Positions 54,754 through 64,000 of a DNA stretch of 64,000 bases are shown here, piece by piece. A program made the position numbers and the translations under genes. Origin of the DNA: a virus (taxonomy: Duplodnaviria; Heunggongvirae; Uroviricota; Caudoviricetes); the IMG/VR virus record IMGVR_UViG_3300043436_002205; one strand, 5' to 3'. Numbering within the stretch: position 1 is the first letter of the stretch; each line of letters begins with the position of its first letter. Below the pieces are notes generated by a model. The model made no database searches and was not told the origin of the DNA. It worked only from the letters and a program-made list of their open reading frames with translations.

Positions 54754-55804
54754 AATTTAAAAACTTTTCTACGGTTGCATATGGAGTTTCTAATACGTAT
54801 GCAACGTTGTCTTGAAAACCAAACGTGATGAGGATCTTTCCTTTATGGTGACACATTCCGCACGTAAACTCAGTATGTCCTCCCATAATGGTAAAGTCAT
54901 CAGAGAAACCTACTATGTCCCAGTTCCTATCCCATACTATAAAGCGATGCCGATATACTCCGTCCTTTACTCGCTTCTCTCCTTTAAACAGATCCACCTC
55001 GTGAGTAAGAGCAATATAGTGATCACCGAACGGAATGACTTGCGATCCTCCACGAGGTTCTGTAAGACCCTTAGGATTTCCATTAAACAGACGCTTCTCG
55101 CTAAGAAAGGCTGTTTCTGCTTTAGATTTTTCTATATCTACAAGAACTACTTCTGTTGGGTTGCACCACTTTATGTACGTATAGTTTTGATCTAGAACTG
55201 GCATCCAATTCTTTTCGCAATAAGACTTGTCTTCACCAGGTGCACCGATACGAGTTCTTGACACTTCTATGACTTCGTTTTCCAGAACTTCTATCTCTGA
55301 CAGTTCCATACGACCCTGTCCGTTTGTAGTCGTATCTCTACGAACTCCAGTCATATAGAGCTTTCCGCCCCATTCCACGAGTCTTGCGTCTTCAAGTCCT
55401 ACGAAGTCCCAGATTGGTTCTTTGTCCAATCTTGAAGTATCTACGTGATTGAATCTAGTAATGTTATAGTTATCATCAAGTTCGCAGTAGTAGTTTTCAG
55501 TGCGAAGCTTCATATCGTCTTCGGGGTGAAGATATGTTAGAGGCCCCCAAGGATGGACGAATTTCTTTTTCTCTGAATGATAGAATAGATAGTTGGTGCA
55601 TCTTACATTAACAATCAATTTATCATTATGAACCAAGATGGATGGGTTCATGAGACCAGTTCCACCGGTGAGTTCGACTGGAACGATAAGCGGATGAATG
55701 CTGCCGCCGTCCGTTAATGCTTGTTGTGCTAGAGTGATAGAAGTTTCATATCTGTATGTTTGCTCTACTTGATATGAATCTTTTATGTGTTCAAAAAATG
55801 ACAT
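54740..55804 (-). CDS. unknown enzyme-like protein (paralogue B of the 53137..54753 core)
   Basis: CEKNWMPVLD and RFIVWDRNWDIV...FTIMGG conserved with paralogue A. First gene of the apparent operon. Confidence 0.45.
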   Translation of the reverse strand: MSFFEHIKDSYQVEQTYRYETSITLAQQALTDGGSIHPLIVPVELTGGTGLMNPSILVHNDKLIVNVRCTNYLFYHSEKKKFVHPWGPLTYLHPEDDMKLRTENYYCELDDNYNITRFNHVDTSRLDKEPIWDFVGLEDARLVEWGGKLYMTGVRRDTTTNGQGRMELSEIEVLENEVIEVSRTRIGAPGEDKSYCEKNWMPVLDQNYTYIKWCNPTEVVLVDIEKSKAETAFLSEKRLFNGNPKGLTEPRGGSQVIPFGDHYIALTHEVDLFKGEKRVKDGVYRHRFIVWDRNWDIVGFSDDFTIMGGHTEFTCGMCHHKGKILITFGFQDNVAYVLETPYATVEKFLNYAKG

Positions 55805-55876
55805 AGTGTAATAAGTCTCCGCATAATATAGTTATCTCAACTACATTTATTTATCTGCCACGATAGCGTTGATTAT

Positions 55877-56146
55877 TTAACCCAATGCGATTGCGTATGC
55901 AACTGCGTCTGCCGTCGTTACAGGTGTATCCCAAAAGACACTGTTTGCAGAAGAGTGTAATACTTGTCCAAAAGATCCAGGTGAATTTGTGCTGTCATAT
56001 ATGGCTCCAGTTATTCTAACATTGCCTTCCACGTGCAGTTTTTGAGATGGGATTAACGTCCCAATGCCTATATTTCCTGCGCCATCAGCGGTTATTCCGC
56101 CAATACTAACATTAACTCCTACTAACGTCCTTAACGATACTGGCAT
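55877..56146 (-). CDS. small fibre-associated protein (Gly-rich beta-repeat)
   Basis: Start overlaps the stop of the collagen-like fibre gene (TAATG). Sequence GNIGIGTLIPSQKLHVEGNVRITG is fibre-like. Confidence 0.35.
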   Translation of the reverse strand: MPVSLRTLVGVNVSIGGITADGAGNIGIGTLIPSQKLHVEGNVRITGAIYDSTNSPGSFGQVLHSSANSVFWDTPVTTADAVAYAIALG

Positions 56147-59100
56147 TAGTTATCTCTCTTTATGTTTTCGATATCGGCTTTTAGTCTCTTAACTGCTTCT
56201 ATTAAGATCGCAATAAGTGGAGTATATGCAACCGTCTTCCAACCGTTTCCGTTTGTTTTCACGAGTTCTGGCATTATCTTTTCAAGTTCCTGCGCAATCA
56301 CACCGTAACTCTTAGTTTTGTTATCTTTCCAATCGAAACTATATGTATTTATTCTTTCTAGAATATCAAAGCTGTTATCAATAGACATAAAGTTTTCTTT
56401 AAACGTTTCGTCTGAAAGCGAGTTGAAGTTAGTCGCCGAGAGATCACCGGTCGAAGGATTGAAATACAGTTTAGTTGTAGAAACTTCTGCCGTTTGATTC
56501 GATCCAGCCGCTGCTACGAATACTGGGTAATGAGTCGCATTAGTGGTGGTATCGTCAGACGCGTTAATCGTAGTAGACGGTCCTGATGTACCTTGGATAC
56601 CTTGAACACCCTGTGAACCTGTTCCGCCAATACCTTGAGAGCCAACCCCTTGAATACCTTGAATGCCTTGAGTACCCTGAGTACCCTGAGTACCCTGAAG
56701 ACCTTGTGTACCCCGAGTACCCTGAAGACCCTGTGTCCCTTGAGTTCCCTGAAGACCTTGAGTACCCTGAGTACCCTGAAGACCTTGTGTACCCTGAGTA
56801 CCCTGAAGACCCTGCGTTCCTTGAGTTCCTTGAGTTCCCTGAAGACCTTGAGATCCAGTCGTACCTTGGGTTCCTTGAGTACCTTGAATACCTTGAATAC
56901 CTTGGAAACCTTGAGTTCCAGTTGTACCTTGTGTTCCCTGAGTTCCTTGAATACCTTGGAAACCTTGTCTACCTTGTAGGCCTTGAGATCCAGTCGTACC
57001 TTGGGTTCCTTGAGTACCTTGAATACCTTGAATACCTTGGAGACCTTGGGATCCAGTTGTACCCTGAGTTCCTTGGGTACCTTGAATACCTTGGAAACCT
57101 TGTCTACCTTGTAGGCCTTGAGTACCCTGCGTGCCCTGAGTCCCTTGTGTACCTTGTGTTCCCTGAGTTCCTTGAATACCTTGGAAACCTTGAGTTCCAG
57201 TTGTACCTTGAATACCTTGAATACCCTGCGGGCCATATGCATACAATGCAGCTGTAAAATATGTGCCGTTTGCACTGCTATTAATGTTCTGAGAAGTTGT
57301 ATTTCCAGTAAATGCAGTAACTTCGACATAATCTGTTGTACCGTTAAAATATGCAATAGTGGAAAATGTCATTGCATAACCAGAACCAGTCATGATTTGA
57401 TCTTGACTAATTGCTAGCTGCGTAGTTCCATTTTTTCTAAGTTGGATATTGTTTTGATTATTAGTTACTGCGCCAGCATCCCACCAAACCTGAGCAGTAA
57501 TATTGTAATAACCGGCAACAGTTGGTTGGAACCTATTTGAAGCGAACCAATTCTGTGGATCAAAATCATCTGAAAATGTAACAACTGTATCGGCGCCGTT
57601 GGTGACAGTTTGTGCTATGTCTTTAACTGCACGAACTACATAACTACCGGGTGTAAGCAAACCGCCATCAAATCCTTGTACACCCTGTCTACCCTGTAGA
57701 CCTTGAGTTCCCTGAGGACCCTGTAGACCTTGAGTTCCCTGAGTACCCTGTAGACCTTGAGTACCTTGAGTTCCCTGCGTTCCTTGTGTTCCTTGAAGAC
57801 CTTGAGTACCTTGAGTTCCCTGAAGACCTTGAGTGCCTTGAGTTCCCTGCGTTCCTTGTGTTCCTTGAAGACCTTGAGTGCCTTGAGTTCCCTGAAGACC
57901 TTGAGTGCCTTGAGTTCCCTGAAGACCTTGAGTACCTTGTCTACCTTGGAGTCCTTGAGGACCCTGTACACCTTGAGTGCCTTGAGTTCCCTGAAGACCT
58001 TGAGTACCTTGTCTACCTTGGAGTCCTTGAGGACCCTGTACACCTTGAATACCTTGAACACCAATTGCAGTAAATATTTCCCAAGTAGAGCCATCATAAG
58101 CAAATTCTACAGAGAAACCTTTCACATCCATTGCAACGTCGTCTGAAACTCCTTCGATTGTGCTTCCGTTTCTTCCAACCGTAAGGTTGGTGGCCGCCCA
58201 GTCGGCTGGATCTGCAATAATTACAAAATCGCCTGTAGAAGGAGCAGCCGGAAGATTAATTGTGAATGTTCCCCCAGAAGTGTCTGCTAGAATTCTGTCT
58301 CCGGAAACTGCGGTGTATGTAGTTGTTTTTACTAACCAATTATTAAAACCACCATCCAGACCTTGTAATCCTTGAACACCAGTTCCTTGAAGACCCTGTG
58401 TCCCTTGAGTGCCCTGAGTTCCTTGAAGACCCTGTGTCCCTTGAGTGCCCTGAGTTCCTTGAAGACCTTGGGTTCCTTGAGTACCCTGAGTACCCTGAAG
58501 ACCTTGGGTTCCTTGTGTTCCTTGAGTACCCTGAGTACCCTGAAGACCTTGGGTTCCTTGTGTTCCTTGAGTTCCTTGAGTACCCTGAAGCCCTTGGGTT
58601 CCCTGAGTTCCTTGCGTACCTTGAGTTCCCTGAGTTCCTTGCGTACCTTGTGTGCCCTGAAGACCTTGAGTGCCCTGAGTTCCTTGTATACCTTGAGTTC
58701 CTTGAGTTCCTTGAGTACCCTGAAGACCCTGTGTTCCCTGAGTTCCCTGAGTTCCTTGAGTACCTTGAGTTCCTTGAGTACCTTGAGTTCCTTGAGTACC
58801 CTGAAGACCCTGCTCGCCTTGAAGACCTTGAGTGCCTTGTGTACCCTGAGTACCCTGAGTACCTTGAGTACCCTGAAGACCCTGAGTACCTTGAGTACCT
58901 TGAGTACCTTGAGTACCCTGAAGACCCTGTGTTCCCTGAGTTCCCTGAGTACCCTGAAGACCCTGTGTTCCCTGAAGACCCTGTGTTCCCTGAGTACCTT
59001 GAGTACCCTGAGTACCTTGAGTACCCTGAAGACCCTGTGTTCCCTGAAGACCCTGTGTTCCCTGAGTACCTTGAGTACCCTGAGTACCTTGAGTACCCTG

Positions 59101-62100
59101 AAGACCCTGAGTACCCTGAAGACCCTGAGTACCCTGCGGGCCTTGTAGGTTTGTTGGAGATCCAACCCATTCACCGCTCGAATTAATTACTGGCCCAACA
59201 CTTTGGATAGTGACTCCGCTTACTACGATGTTAGCGGTGTTGTCTATAGAGAATTCTACACCATTAAGTTCTAATCCAGCCCCTGCTTTATAAATCTGAG
59301 AAGAACTTATCTGAGAGAAGTTTATACCCGTGCTTCCAAAAACGATAGTGCCTTCAGTCGTCATCACGTAAAGTTGACCAGCCCCAGTGTCACCTTCAAG
59401 AACATAGAATGCGTCACCTTTTCCTAGGTTACCAGGACTGCTTGGACTATAAGAATCCGCATCCGTTGAACGAATAAGAACCCAAGCAGTGTTCGCAGAT
59501 CCAGTGTCTGAAACTGTATATACGCCGTTATGTGCAGTATTTGCTTGTTGATATAATAAGACACGATCATCAATATCTAAAGTAATGCCATCTATGATAA
59601 GAGTTGCTTGTGTTCCGACATTCGTAAGAGTTGCACCTACACCAGAAGTACCATTATCATATGCAGCATTAAGATTTATCGGTGATTCAACTCTGACTGG
59701 ATCGTGATAGTGTATAGCTGCAGATACAAGAGTATCTACATACTGTTTTGTGACAGCTTGTAGATTTCCCGTTGGATCTTGAGCGAGAGTTAAGAAACCG
59801 CTAGTCATTGCGGTACTAACGTCCGATCTTAGGAATTGTAGACTGTCTAATCCATCGAGAGTAGCAGCATCACCTGCGGTAGAACCTTGAATACCTTGCA
59901 AGCCTTGATCACCTTGAAGCCCTTGCATGCCCTGTGGGCCTTGTGTTCCTTGGATACCTTGCTCGCCCTGAACACCCTGAAGTCCTTGTGAACCCTGGGT
60001 TCCCTGCGTACCTTGTGTTCCTTGAAGACCTTGCTCACCTTGTACCCCTTGAGTTCCCTGTGTTCCTTGAGTTCCTTGCGTACCTTGGATACCTTGCTCG
60101 CCCTGAACACCCTGAAGTCCTTGTGAACCCTGGGTTCCCTGCGTACCTTGTGTTCCTTGTGTTCCTTGTAGACCTTGTGTCCCCTGTGTACCTTGTGTTC
60201 CTTGAAGACCCTGGGTCCCTTGTGTTCCTTGAAGACCCTGAGTTCCTTGTAGAACAAACAGTTCCCATTCAGCAGTATTAACCGCAGGGTCCTGGTAAAC
60301 CGATGTGATGACTTGCTTTGATACATAAGTGTTACCATCAACTGGGCTTACAGCAACAGTATCTTTTACATAGCTAGCTTCTGTCCATAATCCAATGTAA
60401 TTTAATACGAGCTCTATGCCTTGGAGTCCCTGTAGACCCTGTGTTCCTTGCTCACCCTGAAGACCTTGAGTACCTTGGGTTCCTTGTTCACCTTGAAGAC
60501 CCTGAGTACCTTGGGTTCCTTGTTCACCTTGAAGACCTTGCGTTCCTTGAGTACCCTGTGTCCCTTGAGTTCCTTGAGTTCCCTGAAGACCCTGCTCGCC
60601 TTGAAGACCTTGAGTGCCTTGGGTTCCTTGAGTTCCCTGAAGACCTTGGGTTCCTTGTGTACCCTGTGTCCCTTGAGTTCCTTGAGTTCCTTGAGTTCCC
60701 TGAAGACCCTGCTCGCCTTGAAGACCTTGAGTGCCTTGTGTACCCTGTGTCCCTTGAGTTCCTTGAGTTCCCTGAAGACCCTGCTCGCCTTGAAGACCTT
60801 GAGTGCCTTGGGTTCCTTGAAGACCTTGAGTGCCTTGGGTTCCTTGAGTACCTTGGGTTCCCTGAAGACCCTGCTCGCCTTGAAGACCTTGAGTGCCTTG
60901 GGTTCCTTGAAGACCTTGAGTGCCTTGGGTTCCTTGAGTACCTTGGGTTCCTTGTTCACCTTGAAGACCTTGCGTTCCTTGAGTACCCTGAAGACCTTGC
61001 GTTCCTTGCGTACCCTGAAGACCTTGCGTTCCTTGCGTACCCTGAAGACCCTGTGTCCCTTGAGTTCCCTGAATACCTTGAGTTCCTTGTGTACCCGTAC
61101 CCTGCGTCCCTTGAAGACCCTGCATGCCCTGGGCGCCTTCATCCCCATCTACTGCTGCAGTACCTTGTGTACCCTGAGAACCCTGAAGACCTTGTAAGCC
61201 CTGTGGGCTCTGTGTACCTTGAGTTCCCTGCTCTCCTTGTAGACCCTGAAGACCTTGAGTACCTTGTGTTCCTTGAGTACCCTGAAGACCTTGTTCGCCT
61301 TGGAGACCTTGGGTTCCCTGAGTTCCCTGAGTTCCTTGTGTACCCTGCGTCCCTTGAGTTCCTTGCTCGCCTTGAAGACCTTGGGTGCCTTGGGTTCCCT
61401 GAGTTCCTTGCGTCCCTTGAGTTCCTTGGGTGCCTTGGGTGCCTTGCGTCCCTTGAGTTCCTTGCTCGCCTTGAAGACCTTGGGTGCCTTGCGTCCCTTG
61501 CGTCCCTTGAGTTCCCTGAAGACCTTGCGTTCCCTGCGTCCCTTGTTCGCCTTGAAGACCTTGCGTTCCCTGAGTTCCCTGAGTTCCTTGCGTTCCTTGA
61601 GTACCTTGGGTTCCCTGAAGACCCTGTGTCCCTTGAGTTCCCTGAATACCTTGAGTTCCTTGCGTACCCTGAACACCCTGAAGACCAGTGTCACCGATGT
61701 CACCTGTACGAGCAAACGTGATGATAACATCTTCATTATTATTGAATGAAGAAACAGAACCGGATACATAAGATCCGTCCACTGTGAAGTAACCAGTTTC
61801 TTCTGTTATTGAAGATATCGTGAATAACACGAAACGAGAAGAATTAGTGCGGTTTGATACTCTAAAGTGACCCTTAATAGTAGATGTAGAGTCGTCTATC
61901 GTTCTTAAGAAACTTTGTATGTCTGTACTGTTATCATCCGCGTCATCGATGTACATACTAAGAGCGGTAGTGATATCGGTGTTGCTAAATTTAAGTTTTC
62001 CAACTCCAGGATCGGTTGCATCTACAGAATTGCTAAAGGTGTAATCAAATGAAGCGCCGCCAAAGTTTCCGTCAATACCCTGAGTACCCTGTGAACCCTG

Positions 62101-62424
62101 AGTACCTTGAGAACCCTGTGCACCTTGAATACCTTGAAAACCTAGAGAACCCTGCAGACCTTGAGTTCCTTGAGAACCCTGTGTTCCTTGAAAACCCTGT
62201 AGACCTTGACGCCCTTGGAGACCTTGTGTACCTTGGATCCCTTGAACTACGCTAGTATCAAGCCAAAAACGATTACCCTCTTCGTCTGAAGCAAGCACAT
62301 AGTTATTTCCGGCTGGAACTCCAAGATCTGGTTCCGCATCAGAAAGTTTCAGATACCTGTATCTATCTGGAGACGCTTGAGTCGATGGCGTCTTTTTTAC
62401 TTTACCTGATAAAAATTCTGTCAT
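56146..62424 (-). CDS. giant collagen-like (Gly-X-Y) tail fibre protein with a C-terminal intramolecular-chaperone (peptidase S74) auto-processing domain
   Basis: 2092-aa ORF. At least six long G-T/L/E-Q-G triplet blocks are separated by globular segments. The C-terminus ...YSFDWKDNKTKSYGVIAQELEKIMPELV... matches the S74 chaperone domain of phage fibres/endosialidases. Confidence 0.8.
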   Translation of the reverse strand: MTEFLSGKVKKTPSTQASPDRYRYLKLSDAEPDLGVPAGNNYVLASDEEGNRFWLDTSVVQGIQGTQGLQGRQGLQGFQGTQGSQGTQGLQGSLGFQGIQGAQGSQGTQGSQGTQGIDGNFGGASFDYTFSNSVDATDPGVGKLKFSNTDITTALSMYIDDADDNSTDIQSFLRTIDDSTSTIKGHFRVSNRTNSSRFVLFTISSITEETGYFTVDGSYVSGSVSSFNNNEDVIITFARTGDIGDTGLQGVQGTQGTQGIQGTQGTQGLQGTQGTQGTQGTQGTQGTQGLQGEQGTQGTQGLQGTQGTQGTQGTQGLQGEQGTQGTQGTQGTQGTQGTQGTQGTQGTQGLQGEQGTQGTQGTQGTQGTQGTQGLQGEQGLQGTQGTQGTQGLQGLQGEQGTQGTQSPQGLQGLQGSQGTQGTAAVDGDEGAQGMQGLQGTQGTGTQGTQGIQGTQGTQGLQGTQGTQGLQGTQGTQGLQGTQGTQGLQGEQGTQGTQGTQGTQGLQGTQGTQGLQGEQGLQGTQGTQGTQGTQGLQGTQGTQGLQGEQGLQGTQGTQGTQGTQGTQGLQGEQGLQGTQGTQGTQGTQGTQGTQGLQGTQGTQGTQGLQGEQGLQGTQGTQGTQGTQGTQGLQGEQGTQGTQGLQGEQGTQGTQGLQGEQGTQGLQGLQGIELVLNYIGLWTEASYVKDTVAVSPVDGNTYVSKQVITSVYQDPAVNTAEWELFVLQGTQGLQGTQGTQGLQGTQGTQGTQGLQGTQGTQGTQGTQGSQGLQGVQGEQGIQGTQGTQGTQGTQGVQGEQGLQGTQGTQGTQGSQGLQGVQGEQGIQGTQGPQGMQGLQGDQGLQGIQGSTAGDAATLDGLDSLQFLRSDVSTAMTSGFLTLAQDPTGNLQAVTKQYVDTLVSAAIHYHDPVRVESPINLNAAYDNGTSGVGATLTNVGTQATLIIDGITLDIDDRVLLYQQANTAHNGVYTVSDTGSANTAWVLIRSTDADSYSPSSPGNLGKGDAFYVLEGDTGAGQLYVMTTEGTIVFGSTGINFSQISSSQIYKAGAGLELNGVEFSIDNTANIVVSGVTIQSVGPVINSSGEWVGSPTNLQGPQGTQGLQGTQGLQGTQGTQGTQGTQGTQGLQGTQGLQGTQGTQGTQGTQGTQGLQGTQGLQGTQGTQGTQGLQGTQGTQGTQGTQGLQGTQGTQGTQGTQGTQGLQGEQGLQGTQGTQGTQGTQGTQGTQGTQGTQGLQGTQGTQGTQGIQGTQGTQGLQGTQGTQGTQGTQGTQGTQGTQGLQGTQGTQGTQGTQGLQGTQGTQGTQGTQGLQGTQGTQGTQGLQGTQGTQGTQGLQGTQGTQGTQGLQGTGVQGLQGLDGGFNNWLVKTTTYTAVSGDRILADTSGGTFTINLPAAPSTGDFVIIADPADWAATNLTVGRNGSTIEGVSDDVAMDVKGFSVEFAYDGSTWEIFTAIGVQGIQGVQGPQGLQGRQGTQGLQGTQGTQGVQGPQGLQGRQGTQGLQGTQGTQGLQGTQGTQGLQGTQGTQGTQGTQGLQGTQGTQGLQGTQGTQGTQGTQGLQGTQGTQGLQGPQGTQGLQGRQGVQGFDGGLLTPGSYVVRAVKDIAQTVTNGADTVVTFSDDFDPQNWFASNRFQPTVAGYYNITAQVWWDAGAVTNNQNNIQLRKNGTTQLAISQDQIMTGSGYAMTFSTIAYFNGTTDYVEVTAFTGNTTSQNINSSANGTYFTAALYAYGPQGIQGIQGTTGTQGFQGIQGTQGTQGTQGTQGTQGTQGLQGRQGFQGIQGTQGTQGTTGSQGLQGIQGIQGTQGTQGTTGSQGLQGRQGFQGIQGTQGTQGTTGTQGFQGIQGIQGTQGTQGTTGSQGLQGTQGTQGTQGLQGTQGTQGLQGTQGTQGLQGTQGTQGLQGTRGTQGLQGTQGTQGTQGIQGIQGVGSQGIGGTGSQGVQGIQGTSGPSTTINASDDTTTNATHYPVFVAAAGSNQTAEVSTTKLYFNPSTGDLSATNFNSLSDETFKENFMSIDNSFDILERINTYSFDWKDNKTKSYGVIAQELEKIMPELVKTNGNGWKTVAYTPLIAILIEAVKRLKADIENIKRDN
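56581..62250. repeat. intragenic 9-bp-periodic nucleotide repeats encoding the Gly-X-Y blocks
   Basis: Highly repetitive ctgagtaccctgaagacc-type units. Blocks lie at roughly 56581-57240, 57661-58060, 58350-59150, 59880-60250, 60420-61700 and 62070-62250. They generate long spurious ORFs in other frames. Confidence 0.8.
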
Positions 62425-62429
62425 CTATC

Positions 62430-62897
62430 TTACACCACACCACTGTGTTCGCTCGACAGTCTTTCTTCGGCTGCCGACCAAACATCAAATATTCCATTTA
62501 TTTCGCTTCTAACTTGTAACGTATCTCCAGTTGCATTGTTAGCAACTCTTTTAAACAAACTTCTACCTTGAATAGGAATAAAAGCAGTATCACCAGCAGG
62601 AACCTCAAGTTTTCCAAGCTCTATCGTATCATTATCTTCGGTTACAAGGATGATTTCTATCCATCTATCGTTCGATGTGTCTTTATTTTTTGCAGCTAGC
62701 GGCGTAAGAAAAAAGATCTCTCCTGGTCTTATAGCACGAGCCTCGTCCGTAGGATCCCTTTCGGCAAACTTAATAGATGCGTCTGGAACAGAAAAGTCTG
62801 GAGCTTCTGCAATTACTTCAAACGTGTTTGACACACTTTCTTTTGCTATTCTTAATGGCTTACCCGTTGACGGTGTTCTGCATGTAATACGTGCCAT
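62430..62897 (-). CDS. hypothetical virion/assembly protein
   Basis: 155-aa ORF in the late operon, 5 nt upstream of the fibre gene. Confidence 0.45.
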   Translation of the reverse strand: MARITCRTPSTGKPLRIAKESVSNTFEVIAEAPDFSVPDASIKFAERDPTDEARAIRPGEIFFLTPLAAKNKDTSNDRWIEIILVTEDNDTIELGKLEVPAGDTAFIPIQGRSLFKRVANNATGDTLQVRSEINGIFDVWSAAEERLSSEHSGVV

Positions 62898-62899
62898 GA

Positions 62900-63949
62900 T
62901 TAAAAACTCCTTGCGATTGCAGCTCTAGTAGCAATTCTATTAACTGATTGTTCAAACGGAGGACCAGTAAGTTCTCCAGTATCGGCATCGATCTTCATAC
63001 CGCCAATGAAGAGCGCCGAACCCTGATCATCCTGGCCAGATGCAATAACCACTCCGTTGTTTAATTCGAGTATACTTTCTTCGATCGTCGAAAAATTTCT
63101 TGCTGGTGGTATTTTAGTAAGAGCGACTCCGGCCATAAGAGCGGTCCAAGTATGACTGATGGCAGTGATCGTAGACGGTTCCGTAACTGTTTCTGTATTT
63201 TGAATTGTATTCAATAATGCAGTGATTAGATTTGTAACTATCGTGTCAGACGCAGAGTTGACATTAGGAAGCGCAATAATAGTGTCTCTTATAAATTGAA
63301 ACATATATATAAGAGCGGCTTCTCTCGAAGGATCGTAGACTTTTTCCGATATAGTGTTAAATAAGCCCTTAGCAAAATCTAGCATCGGCTTTTCGTTCGC
63401 CGTTTGTAAAACCCATATTATGGACTGTATTAGAGTCGTAGCTTCTCTTCTAAAATATATTTCATCTTGAGAGTTCCAACCGGTTGTGTAATCTTCTGCA
63501 ACAAGATCGTCCCATGCGTCTTCTACGATAGAAGCCTTTATGGAGTTTACTGCAGTCGACGCCGTTGTTTGAACGGAAAGAGAACCCTCGGCTACTTCTG
63601 TTGGAACCACAATCTGCCTAGATCCATCTGCGACCATAGTAAAGTCGCCAAATTGCGTTGAACACGAAGACAGAATGATTTGACCGCCGTCAAGAGCAAG
63701 AAAGTGTTTATGAGACCACATACTAATCGCATTTACGGCGTTAATAAGACCACCGTTCTTTGCGACGTATCCAATACCATTGTGCGAAACAGGAGTTGCA
63801 CCCCACGCCATGATGTTTGGATATATGCTATATTTAGAACAGACGGCGCCGTCTGCGAGTATAACTCCAGCGCCACGACCAATAAGAGGGTTCTGATTCT
63901 CTCTATCGAGAGGAGGCGCAACCGTGTCCCAGAACGGAGTAGTTCTCAC
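62900..63949 (-). CDS. hypothetical structural protein
   Basis: 349-aa ORF in the late operon. No motif recognised. Confidence 0.45.
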   Translation of the reverse strand: MRTTPFWDTVAPPLDRENQNPLIGRGAGVILADGAVCSKYSIYPNIMAWGATPVSHNGIGYVAKNGGLINAVNAISMWSHKHFLALDGGQIILSSCSTQFGDFTMVADGSRQIVVPTEVAEGSLSVQTTASTAVNSIKASIVEDAWDDLVAEDYTTGWNSQDEIYFRREATTLIQSIIWVLQTANEKPMLDFAKGLFNTISEKVYDPSREAALIYMFQFIRDTIIALPNVNSASDTIVTNLITALLNTIQNTETVTEPSTITAISHTWTALMAGVALTKIPPARNFSTIEESILELNNGVVIASGQDDQGSALFIGGMKIDADTGELTGPPFEQSVNRIATRAAIARSF

Positions 63950-64000
63950 AACAACCTTATGAATATAAGGAGCTCTTCTTATTACCGCGTCTTGTCTAAA

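Noticed and set aside
56514-61769. Sixteen long ORFs on both strands (for example 56514..57356 minus, 56586..57257 plus, 58332..59174 minus, 58398..59186 plus, 60441..61721 plus, 61149..61769 minus) with low-complexity Leu/Lys/Val/Phe/Glu repeats.
   Set aside because: They are frame-shifted or antisense readings of the 9-bp-periodic Gly-X-Y repeat DNA of the 2092-aa fibre gene. The periodicity suppresses stop codons in all frames. Only the Gly-X-Y frame forms one continuous gene with a meaningful N-terminus and an S74 C-terminal domain.
56581-62250. Possible CRISPR array or other non-coding tandem repeat.
   Set aside because: The repeats are 9-bp codon-periodic, lack spacer-repeat architecture, and lie inside a continuous ORF.
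1-64000. tRNA genes, integrase or transposase, or other mobile elements.
   Set aside because: No cloverleaf-like candidates or recombinase motifs were recognisable by eye. The intergenic spacers are short and are occupied by promoter or terminator motifs. tRNAscan-SE or Aragorn would be needed to settle this.

Overview
This 64 kb window looks like part of a T4-like marine myovirus genome (Straboviridae-like). The host is probably an alphaproteobacterium such as SAR11, or a cyanobacterium. The alphaproteobacterial call rests on a GapR/DUF2312 homologue and a PlcP-Agt-like cassette. There is no integrase, no CRISPR array, and no tRNA recognisable by eye.

Positions 1 to 28,800 are tightly packed plus-strand early/middle genes:
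- a phosphate-stress/lipid-remodelling-like cassette (pstS, then an LpxH/PlcP-family metallophosphoesterase, a GT4 glycosyltransferase, and a truncated Ugd-like gene) behind a Pho-box-like promoter;
- a T4 RNA-repair set with polynucleotide kinase split into separate kinase and HAD 3'-phosphatase genes, plus an RnlA-like RNA ligase;
- ATP-dependent DNA ligase, MazG, NrdC-like glutaredoxin, dNMP kinase, RNase H/FEN, a RuvC-like resolvase, PhoH, a PAAR-like protein, a PD-(D/E)xK nuclease, a GapR-like DNA binder, several glycosyltransferases, an epimerase and methyltransferases;
- six copies of a conserved sigma70-like promoter that carries a palindromic TAGAAT-N6-ATTCTA element and a shared leader, each in front of a small unknown ORF.

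A bidirectional terminator at about 28.8 kb separates this from a minus-strand late module. That module follows T4 synteny: gp23 major capsid protein, gp22 scaffold, gp21 prohead protease, gp67/gp68-position prohead core proteins, gp20 portal, gp19 tail tube, gp18 sheath, gp17 large terminase, gp16, gp15, an inserted 800-aa fibre-like protein, gp14, gp13, and a 1718-aa giant structural protein. T4-type late promoters (TATAAATA) sit upstream of several of these.

Further upstream in the late module is a six-gene glycan-modification operon: an HldE-like nucleotidyltransferase-cupin fusion, a GT17-like glycosyltransferase, a SAM methyltransferase, and two paralogues that share modular N-terminal domains. 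Beyond it lies a 2092-aa collagen-like (Gly-X-Y) tail fibre with a C-terminal S74 intramolecular-chaperone domain.

All calls come from reading the sequence and from remembered family motifs. No database search was run.
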